Shown in pieces: positions 30,552-38,345 of a DNA stretch of 64,000 nucleotides. This stretch comes from an uncultured Acidobacteriaceae bacterium. Lineage in GTDB: Bacteria; Acidobacteriota; Terriglobia; Terriglobales; Acidobacteriaceae. The stretch covers positions 3,522 to 67,521 of the forward strand of contig CAVWYS010000005.1 of the NCBI GenBank assembly GCA_963759285.1, written 5' to 3'. Made by a program: the position numbers and the translations under genes. Position 1 is the first letter of the stretch. Each line of letters starts with the position of its first letter. Below the pieces are notes generated by a model, which was not told where the DNA came from, ran no database searches, and saw only the letters and a list, made by a program, of their open reading frames with translations.

Positions 30552-30640
30552 GGGGGGGGGGAATCCCCTGGGGTATCCCCTGGGGGTATCCCCCCGGTTT
30601 CGTAGGAAGGAACGGGGATGGAGTCTCCATTCCCGTTCCC
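30552..30640. repeat. G10 run, three tandem GGGG-WAT-CCCC mini-palindromes, then a long hairpin
   Basis: GGGG AAT CCCC T GGGG TAT CCCC T GGGGG TAT CCCCCC; GGAACGGGGATGGA-GTC-TCCATTCCCGTTCC (30609-30639). Confidence 0.8.
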
Positions 30641-30669
30641 GAAACCATCCGTACCCAGCCGACGCGATC

Positions 30670-30993
30670 CTACTTGGCCGCTTCGATCGAATCGATGTGC
30701 ACTGACTTCTTGTCGCCGTCCGCCGTCGCCTTCACCGTCACATGATCGCCGTAGTACTTCTTTACGGCATCGGGATTGTCGATGGTCCAGACTTCCTTCT
30801 TACCTTCATCCACGAACACCGGAGCCATGCCGCCTTCGATGCACTTCTTCACACAAGCTGATCCCGATCCTGCGTGCTTGGCGCCGCACATGGAGTCGGA
30901 TATCCAGCCGTTAATGGTCTTGGAATCAGCAGCATTCGCCGCTACAGCAGCAAATGCGAGAGCAACTACAAGCATTCCGATGGTACGTTTCAC
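30670..30993 (-). CDS. Small exported Cys/His-motif protein (DUF5818-like)
   Basis: GTG 30993 with GGAGGT RBS; signal peptide; GWISDSMCGAKH...CVKKC; GDHVTVKA. Confidence 0.65.
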   Translation of the reverse strand: MKRTIGMLVVALAFAAVAANAADSKTINGWISDSMCGAKHAGSGSACVKKCIEGGMAPVFVDEGKKEVWTIDNPDAVKKYYGDHVTVKATADGDKKSVHIDSIEAAK

Positions 30994-31084
30994 TTGTGAC
31001 CTCCATGGGATAACTGAACCCTGATCATGCGCTAATCCCCGCACTTTGCACAAGGCTGAACCAAATGCGATTCGCCCCTATGAA

Positions 31085-31546
31085 CTACTTCATCTGCAGT
31101 CCTTGACCGGACTGCATCCTCTCGCGCCGTGCCTCCACATTCTTCAAAACCCCCTCGTAACGCGCCGAAGCCGCTGTAAACCGGTTCACCAGTTCCGAAG
31201 TCTTGTTCAAAAAAGTCGGCATCTTCTCGCGGATTGGTTCCAGAATGTGCGCAAACTTCGCAAGAAGGAAGAACCCTTCTGCATTGCAGTCAACAAACAG
31301 CTCGGCCGAAACAGCCCCGTGCAGCACCATCGCCGCTGCCATCTCCCAGTACGTCAACACCTGCCGGAAAAATGCATTGTGCGGATCGGCCGGATTCTGC
31401 GCCACCGCAAAGAATTCCTCGGGCGTGTTCGGCCAGAATTCTCCCGTCATCCAGGCCCTCGCCTGGCGCATCAGCGGTTCAGTGCGCAATTCATATAGCC
31501 TGAGAATGATTTCGGCATCGGCGGGAGTAGCGAGCATCCGTTCCAT
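31085..31546 (-). CDS. Conserved hypothetical protein (DUF4760-like)
   Basis: ADAEIILRLYELRTEPLMRQAR.W ... RQVLTYWEMAAAMVLHGA; start ATG 31546 or 31537. Confidence 0.7.
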   Translation of the reverse strand: MERMLATPADAEIILRLYELRTEPLMRQARAWMTGEFWPNTPEEFFAVAQNPADPHNAFFRQVLTYWEMAAAMVLHGAVSAELFVDCNAEGFFLLAKFAHILEPIREKMPTFLNKTSELVNRFTAASARYEGVLKNVEARRERMQSGQGLQMK

Positions 31547-31666
31547 TTCGTGATAGGTCTCCGCTGCCAATGGTAACGGATTACATCGAGTGGTGCTGCC
31601 CGATTCAACCACAATGAAAATGCGGCGCGACCCAAATGATCGCGCCGCACTCGGATTCACACAATT

Positions 31667-34384
31667 TCACGCCGGCTGCAGCTCCTTCTTCGCGTCGGGC
31701 TTCTCCAGCACCGGTCCATGCGTCTCAACGGTCGGCGGCGCGGGTGCATCGCCAATCCGCTTGGAGTAGTGGCATACGATTGCAGCGCCGGGTTCAGGTT
31801 CAGCGATCTTCTTGCCGCGCTTCTTGGGCTTAACCTCTTCTTCCGCCCCCTTCTTCTTGTTGGGACACTCGAGGAAGATACCGCTCTTGAGCGTCTTCTC
31901 CACAAGGTACGCGTTGCCGCACTCCGGGCACTTCTGCGCCACCGGCTTGTAGTTCGAGGTAAAGTCGCACTTCGGATAATTGGTGCAACCCCAGAAAATG
32001 TTGCCCCGCCGCGCCTTGCGCTCGGCAATGTCCCCTTCGCCGCACTTGGGACACTTCATCCCCTCAATCAGGTTCTGCTTGATGTACTTGCACTTCGGAT
32101 ATCCCGAGCACGACACAAACTCGCCGTACGCCCCCTGCCGCAGCACCAGCGGCTTGCCGCAAACTGGGCAAGCTTCCCCCGTGGGCTCAGGGGGCTTCTG
32201 CTGCTGCTTCTGGCTCAGCTTGCGGATCGTCTTGCACGGCGGATCCTCGTTGTACCCCGGGCAGCTCATGAAAGGTCCGAATGGGCCCCGGCGCAGCACC
32301 ATCACGCGTCCGCAGTTCTCGCAATATTCTTCCGTGTCGCCGGCTTCCTGCGCCTCGGGCGTATTCATATCCGGCTTGGCTGCGATGTTCTCTTTTGTAA
32401 ATGTGCAGCTCGTCGGGTCCTTTTTGTTGTAGGCAGAACATGCATAAAAACTGCCGAATTTACCCCACTTCAGCAGCAGCGGCGATCCGCAAACATCGCA
32501 CTTCTCCGTCGTCTTCTGCTCCATGCGCTTGATGTCGCGCATAGTCTTGCTCGCATCCTTGAGCTCATCTTCGAAGTGGTCGTAGAAACCGTTCAGCAGA
32601 TCGGTCCACTTCTCCTTGCCCTCTTCAATATCGTCCAGTTCCTCTTCCAGCTTCGCTGTGTACTTGGTATCGAAGATATACGGAAAGCTCTCCACCAGAA
32701 GATCGCAGACCACCATCCCGATCTCGGTCGGATAAAAGCGTCCGCGCGAGCCGCCATGTTTCACCACGTACTCGCGATCCTGAATCGTGTTGATGATCGA
32801 CGCATACGTCGAAGGCCGCCCGATGCCCCGCTCTTCCAACTCCTTCACTAGCGACGCTTCGTTGTAGCGCGGCGGCGGTTCGGTAAAGTGCTCCTCGGGC
32901 AGAAGCTCCTCCAGTTCCAGTCCCTTTACGCCGTCCAGATTCGGCAGTTTGTTCGCCAGCGAGTCTTCGTCGTCGTCAGCCTTCTTCTCTTCCGTAACTT
33001 CGTACACCTTGAGAAAACCGTCAAAGCGTAGCACGGAGCCGCTCAGGCGGAAATCGTAAGTCTTGCCATTCAGCGCGGATTTCGCCTCAATCTTCGCTGT
33101 CGTCACATCGTAGACCGCAGGCACCATCTGCGAAGCAATGAAGCGTCTCCAGATCAGCGTGTACAGCTTCAATTGTTCATCGCTGAGATAGCGCGCCATC
33201 GATTCCGGCGTCCGCGAAGCATCCGTCGGCCGAATCGCCTCGTGAGCATCCTGCGCATCCTTCTTGCCCTTGTATGCGTTGGGCGTCTCCGGCAGATACT
33301 GCTTGCCGAGTTCCTTGGCGATCCAGGCTCGCGCACTCTCCTTCGCGTCAGGCGATACACGCGGTGAGTCGGTACGCATATATGTAATCAGACCCGTCGT
33401 GCCCTCATCGCCGATGTCGATGCCTTCGTACAGCCGCTGCGCAACGCCCATCGTCCGGCGAACGTTAAAGCCCAGCTTGCTGGCCGCATCGCGCTGCAGC
33501 TGGCTGGTGATAAAGGGTGCAAGCGGGCGCCTCTGCTGCTCGCGATATTGCACGGATGCAAGCGTCCACGTCGCCTTCTCAAGCGCAGCGAGAGCCGTAT
33601 CCATCGACTTCTTGTCGGGCAGCGCGCTCCCGATAAATTGATCCTTGCCGTCCTTGTCCTTGCCGTTGGGTACGCGTGCGGCCTCACCATCGATGCCAAC
33701 AAACTTGGCCTTGAAGTTCTTGTCCGACTGGCGCAACAACGGGGTACCCGCGGACCTGTTCATGTCTGCGGGGTGTAATTGTGCTTCCAGCGTCCAATAT
33801 TCAACCGGCTTGAACCCCGCAATCTCGCGTTCACGTTCCACGATGAGCCGCACCGCAACCGTTTGCACCCGGCCCGCAGAAAGACCTCGCCGCACCTTGT
33901 CCCACAGCAGCGGAGAAATCTGGTACCCCACAAGCCGGTCGAGAACCCGCCGAGTCTGCTGCGCGTCCACAAGATTCTCGTCAATGTCGCGGGCGTGCTT
34001 GAATGCTTCCTGCACGGCCTTCTTGGTGATCTCGTTGAACGTCACGCGGCGAATCTTCTTGCGTTCCTTGGCATTGGTGCCAAGCTGCAGAGCAAGATGC
34101 GCGGCAATCGCTTCCCCTTCCCGGTCAGGGTCAGGCGCAAGGAAGATCTCATCCGCCTTCAGCCCGGCCTTCTTTAATTGATCGACAACTTTCTCTTTAC
34201 CCGGCGAAACTACCAGCTCGGGTACAAACGTGCGGTTCTTTAGTTCCACGCCAATGTCATTCTTGGGCAAATCCATAATGTGCCCGATTGACGCGCGGAC
34301 CTCGAAACCTTTGCCTAGATACTTTTCGATCGTCTTCGCCTTCGCAGGAGATTCGACGATCACGAGTGATTTGGTCATTTCCAT
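31667..34384 (-). CDS. topA: DNA topoisomerase I (type IA) with C-terminal zinc ribbons
   Basis: LVIVESPAKAKTI, APDPDREGEAIA, SAGRVQT, LITYMRTDS (catalytic Tyr), GIGRPSTYA, repeated CxxC..CS.YP.C ribbons. Confidence 0.98.
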   Translation of the reverse strand: MEMTKSLVIVESPAKAKTIEKYLGKGFEVRASIGHIMDLPKNDIGVELKNRTFVPELVVSPGKEKVVDQLKKAGLKADEIFLAPDPDREGEAIAAHLALQLGTNAKERKKIRRVTFNEITKKAVQEAFKHARDIDENLVDAQQTRRVLDRLVGYQISPLLWDKVRRGLSAGRVQTVAVRLIVEREREIAGFKPVEYWTLEAQLHPADMNRSAGTPLLRQSDKNFKAKFVGIDGEAARVPNGKDKDGKDQFIGSALPDKKSMDTALAALEKATWTLASVQYREQQRRPLAPFITSQLQRDAASKLGFNVRRTMGVAQRLYEGIDIGDEGTTGLITYMRTDSPRVSPDAKESARAWIAKELGKQYLPETPNAYKGKKDAQDAHEAIRPTDASRTPESMARYLSDEQLKLYTLIWRRFIASQMVPAVYDVTTAKIEAKSALNGKTYDFRLSGSVLRFDGFLKVYEVTEEKKADDDEDSLANKLPNLDGVKGLELEELLPEEHFTEPPPRYNEASLVKELEERGIGRPSTYASIINTIQDREYVVKHGGSRGRFYPTEIGMVVCDLLVESFPYIFDTKYTAKLEEELDDIEEGKEKWTDLLNGFYDHFEDELKDASKTMRDIKRMEQKTTEKCDVCGSPLLLKWGKFGSFYACSAYNKKDPTSCTFTKENIAAKPDMNTPEAQEAGDTEEYCENCGRVMVLRRGPFGPFMSCPGYNEDPPCKTIRKLSQKQQQKPPEPTGEACPVCGKPLVLRQGAYGEFVSCSGYPKCKYIKQNLIEGMKCPKCGEGDIAERKARRGNIFWGCTNYPKCDFTSNYKPVAQKCPECGNAYLVEKTLKSGIFLECPNKKKGAEEEVKPKKRGKKIAEPEPGAAIVCHYSKRIGDAPAPPTVETHGPVLEKPDAKKELQPA
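33740..33776. repeat. Intragenic REP-like hairpin module, in frame within topA
   Basis: CGGGGTA-CCCGCGGAC-CTGTTCAT-GTCTGCGGG-GTG; 9-bp stem, 8-nt loop, same flanks as the inner module at 57676-57708. Confidence 0.65.
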
Positions 34385-34686
34385 CCTTGATTCCGTATTA
34401 CTCTACTCCATCCGGCCTGTTGGACTCCGCAGGAGATCGTTCTGTTGCCAGGTTCTCTCAGAGAAATGTTTACAGAAAATGCGCTTCGTATCAGTCTTGC
34501 CCCGCCGCCTTCTCCGTAAATGGGCTGCAAGATTTGCAAGCTAACATGGAAGGCATCTTTGTTTCCACCCCAAATCGGCCTCTCCAGAAGCCGGATGGCT
34601 CGAATAGTAACGCGCAAAGTTTCTGAAATGTGTGGCTCATCGCTTCTTGCAATCTATCGAAAATATTGCGCTAATTTCGTCGACCC

Positions 34687-35880
34687 TTACAGTGTGCGTA
34701 CGTAGTTCTTGCCTGGTAGGCATCGGATCCGTCCGCTCATCTCCAGTTCAAATAAGGCCGTAAACACCTCCGACGACGTCAACTGCGTCTCAAGCTTTTC
34801 AAGCAACTCATCGATTTGGAGCGACTCATCGGCGCGTAATGCGTGCAGCACAATCGCCTCTTCCCCCCGCAGCACGGGGTCAGCCAGAAGAGATGCCGTC
34901 ACCTCAGGTTTGGATTCAGCTCCCGCTTCCCGCTCCAGTTGTAACCTGACCTGCGAAGGCAGATCCTCCCACACGTCTTCCCAACTCGCCACAAGCTTTG
35001 CGCCTTGTTTAATCAGTGTGTTAGGCGTCCACGAATTCTTGCCGGTCACGTTTCCTGGAACCGCATAAAGGTCCCGATCCTGCTCTGCCGCGCAGCGTGC
35101 CGTCACCCGTGTGCCGGAGTTCTCGCTGGCTTCCACCACCAGCACGCCAATACTCAGTCCGCTGATGATCCGGTTGCGGCGCGGGAAGTTCTGCGGCGCC
35201 GGAAAGGTACCAATCGGCACTTCGCTCACAATCGTTCCGCCCGTCGCGATGATCTCGTCTGCGAGCTTCCTGTTTTCCTTGGGATAGACCACGTCGATAC
35301 CGGTGCCCCAAACAGCAATGGTCGCAGTGCGCGCCGCAAGCGCACCTCTGTGCGCGCAGGTGTCGATTCCGCGTGCCATCCCGCTTACAATTACCAGGCG
35401 TCGCGCTGCCAGGTCGCGCGACAACATCTCCGCCACACTCGTTCCATACGGCGAGGGATGACGCGTCCCCACAACCGCGATCGACGGCCGCGCCAGCAGT
35501 TGCACGCTTCCTCGAATCCACAGCACCGGAGGTGGATCGTATATCTCTTTCAATCGCTCGGGGTACTCCGCGCATGCCAGTGTGACGATCGAGCCACCCT
35601 GCTGCACTATCTTTCCCCACTCCTCGTCGGCTGCGTGCCGTGCCTTGCCGTCAAATATGAACTGCGCAGCATCCGCCGGAAGGCGGAGCCCCTCAAGCTC
35701 GGTTAGCGTCAGGGCAAAAATCTGGTCCGGCGCGCGCAACTGCGAAATCGCATCAACAATGCGCTTCGGACCAAGATTGGGGGTCAGCGCCAAGGCCAGC
35801 ATGGCTAGTTGGCTTTCATCGATCTTCGTTCTGGATGGCGTTGCCAGGGAGTTTCTAGTCTTTTCGTTCAATATTGACAT
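34687..35880 (-). CDS. dprA: DNA-processing protein DprA (Smf)
   Basis: YPERLKEIYDPPPVL, IAVVGTR, VSGMARGID, FPRRNRIISGLS, SGTRVTA, YAVPGNV, TLIKQGA; start uncertain (35880 or 35925). Confidence 0.95.
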   Translation of the reverse strand: MSILNEKTRNSLATPSRTKIDESQLAMLALALTPNLGPKRIVDAISQLRAPDQIFALTLTELEGLRLPADAAQFIFDGKARHAADEEWGKIVQQGGSIVTLACAEYPERLKEIYDPPPVLWIRGSVQLLARPSIAVVGTRHPSPYGTSVAEMLSRDLAARRLVIVSGMARGIDTCAHRGALAARTATIAVWGTGIDVVYPKENRKLADEIIATGGTIVSEVPIGTFPAPQNFPRRNRIISGLSIGVLVVEASENSGTRVTARCAAEQDRDLYAVPGNVTGKNSWTPNTLIKQGAKLVASWEDVWEDLPSQVRLQLEREAGAESKPEVTASLLADPVLRGEEAIVLHALRADESLQIDELLEKLETQLTSSEVFTALFELEMSGRIRCLPGKNYVRTL

Positions 35881-36060
35881 CAACATACGCGCTTGATGCG
35901 CAGGCACACGTACGCTTTCCTTCAAAGTAGCCTAAAGAAATCTCTTTAGTATTTGAGGCTCACATTAAGCTGATGAGTCTTGGAAGTCAAGGCGCAGAGT
36001 GTGAGTTGCAGCACCCATGTGCGGAATCCCATAGCCTGGGTTGATAGTCTAAAGAGCAGA

Positions 36061-36927
36061 GTGAATTCAACTTCGCACAGTAAGCTTCGTGTCGCCGCTA
36101 TTCGTTTTCTGAACCCCGCGCCTCTGATGTGGGACTTCGAACATCCGCCCCTCAACACCAAACTTGACAAGCGCTATGACGTCCAGTGGATGCTGCCTTC
36201 CGAATGCGCGGACCGATTGGCTGGGGGCGCTGCGGATATCGGCCTTGTTCCCATTGCATCTCTGGCCACGACGCCGGGGCTGCGCATCCTCCCCGGATGC
36301 ACCATCGCTTCAAAGGGCCGCGTACGCTCGCTCCTTCTGGTGCGTCGCGCAAATCAACCTCTTGCCGACCTGCGCGGCATCGCCGCCGACTCCGCAAGCC
36401 GCACCACCCTGGAATACACTCGCATCATGTTGCACAAGTGGGGCAATCCCAACGTGCCCTACGTTCCCATGGCCGCAGACCTCGATGCCATGCTCGACCG
36501 CGCCGACGCCGCAATCCTCATTGGCGATCCGGCTCTGATGGCATTGGAAGAGCGTGCAAATCGCTTCGAGCGCACCGGCGAAGAGCTCGTCTATTACGAC
36601 CTGGCCGAAGAATGGCGAAAGCTAACCGGCCTTCCCTTTGTCTCCGCCGTCTGGGCAGCTGCGCCGGGCTGCGCTTTGGATGACGATGTCGAAATGGATC
36701 TCGTTCGCTCGCGCAATCACGGCCTTGAAAACATCGGCGCACTAGTCGCGCAATGGTCGCGGCAAATGCCGCTCTCCGAAGAAACGATCCGCGCATACCT
36801 GACGACAAATATTCACTACGTTCTCGATGAGGAATGCATCGAAGGCATGCGGGGCTTTTTCCGGATCGCCGCAGAAACAGGCGTGCTGCCGGAGTACGAC
36901 TTTCCGAAAAGCACCTTGACCGAATAG
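36061..36927 (+). CDS. mqnA: Chorismate dehydratase MqnA (futalosine menaquinone pathway)
   Basis: RVAAIRFLNPAPL, PSECADRL, G.VRSLLL, SASRTT, AAILIGDPAL, DLAEEW.KLTGLPFVSAVW. Confidence 0.85.
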   Translation: MNSTSHSKLRVAAIRFLNPAPLMWDFEHPPLNTKLDKRYDVQWMLPSECADRLAGGAADIGLVPIASLATTPGLRILPGCTIASKGRVRSLLLVRRANQPLADLRGIAADSASRTTLEYTRIMLHKWGNPNVPYVPMAADLDAMLDRADAAILIGDPALMALEERANRFERTGEELVYYDLAEEWRKLTGLPFVSAVWAAAPGCALDDDVEMDLVRSRNHGLENIGALVAQWSRQMPLSEETIRAYLTTNIHYVLDEECIEGMRGFFRIAAETGVLPEYDFPKSTLTE

Positions 36928-36999
36928 AAGTGCGAGGCCCAACGCGTGAAATCCTGGCATGCAGGGACAAGCTGATCGCTAAAAACTAATGGCTGCTCC

Positions 37000-38016
37000 C
37001 TATATCTCCCAGCGAAGGAGCGCGGTGCCCACAGTAAACCCAGCCCCCACCGCTGCAATCAAAACCAGGTCGCCCTTCTTCAGCTTCCCTTCCTCAACCG
37101 CTGTCTCCATCGCCAGGGGGATTGTTCCCGCCGAGGTATTGCCGTACTTCTCAATATTGATAATCACGCGATCCGCAGGCATACCGAGCCTGTCAGCGGT
37201 CGAGGTAATGATCCGCTTGTTCGCCTGGTGCGGAATAAAGCAGCCAAGATCCGCGCCCGTTACTCCGTTGCGCTCGAGCAACTTCGTCGTCGCTTCCGCC
37301 ATTTTGCGCACAGCGAACTTGTAAACGGCCTGGCCATCCTGGTGGATGAAATGCATCTTCTTATCGATGGTCTCGTGTGTGGGCGGATTCAAGCTGCCGC
37401 CGGCGGGAAGGTTCAGCGAAACGCCTCCAGAACCGTCGATCTCGTGGACAAAATCGATCATGCCGATCTCGCCCTCTTCCGCAGGTTCAATCAGCACCGC
37501 ACCGCCGCCATCGCCAAACAGAACACAGGTTGAGCGGTCGGTGTAGTCGGTCATGCGCGTGTTGGCGTCAGCGCCGCAAACGAGAACCTTGGACTGCGCT
37601 CCGCTCTCAACAAGCTTTACGCCTGCCTGTAGCGCGAACACGAATCCCGAGCATCCCGCCGAAACGTCGAATCCCCAGGCTCCTTTGGCGCCAATCTTGT
37701 CCTGCACCAGGCATGCCGTCGAGGGAAACATCATGTCCGGCGTTACCGTGCCCACGATGATCACTTCCACTTCGCCAGGCTCGATGCCGCGCGCTGCCAG
37801 ACACTTCTTTGCAGCCTCAACGCAAATGTCGCTCACGCCTTTGCCGGCGGCCAGTACATGCCGTTCCTTGATGCCGGTGCGCTCCACGATCCATTGATCG
37901 TTGGTGTCCACCATTTTTTCGAGGTCTTTATTCGTAAGAATTTTGGGGGGGACGTAAGTTCCGAGGGCGCTTATCTTGGCGCGCCTGCCCACGATGGGAC
38001 GCACGGAAAGGCTCAA
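37000..38016 (-). CDS. fabH: 3-oxoacyl-[ACP] synthase III
   Basis: [20 protein letters not shown] (Cys), [16 protein letters not shown] (His), [10 protein letters not shown] (Asn); TTG 38016 with AAGGAG RBS. Confidence 0.96.
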   Translation of the reverse strand: MSLSVRPIVGRRAKISALGTYVPPKILTNKDLEKMVDTNDQWIVERTGIKERHVLAAGKGVSDICVEAAKKCLAARGIEPGEVEVIIVGTVTPDMMFPSTACLVQDKIGAKGAWGFDVSAGCSGFVFALQAGVKLVESGAQSKVLVCGADANTRMTDYTDRSTCVLFGDGGGAVLIEPAEEGEIGMIDFVHEIDGSGGVSLNLPAGGSLNPPTHETIDKKMHFIHQDGQAVYKFAVRKMAEATTKLLERNGVTGADLGCFIPHQANKRIITSTADRLGMPADRVIINIEKYGNTSAGTIPLAMETAVEEGKLKKGDLVLIAAVGAGFTVGTALLRWEI

Positions 38017-38345
38017 TGCATTTCTCCTTGCGGCACGAGGTCCGGCAACACCGGCTCGCACTCATCACTGCTGCTGATCTCTGGTTTGCCCGCGCTGTTT
38101 CCCAGGCTCCGCCTCAACCAAAGGATAGAAGCGCCCGCGGCGCCAAAAAAGTACCGGGTGACCTACTGCGCCCGTACTAGCCCGTTACCGTTGCTTCCTT
38201 CCGGACCTGGCGGGATTGGCGGGATTACGTCGCGTAGGACCCGGCACTGACTGATTTTATCACCTTGGACGGTAGTCATCTGCACCGCAAAAGGTGCAGC
38301 GGCCGAATCAGATGATTGCAGCCGCTGCGGTGATCAGGGAATCAG

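Noticed and set aside
30364-30705. 113-aa plus-strand ORF across the repeat array
   Set aside because: It reads through the repeat, G-run and hairpin and overlaps the convergent gene; more likely a by-product of the repeats, though translation cannot be excluded
31667-35925. dprA-topA adjacency, and likewise plsY-gpsA
   Set aside because: Widely conserved, ordinary gene pairs
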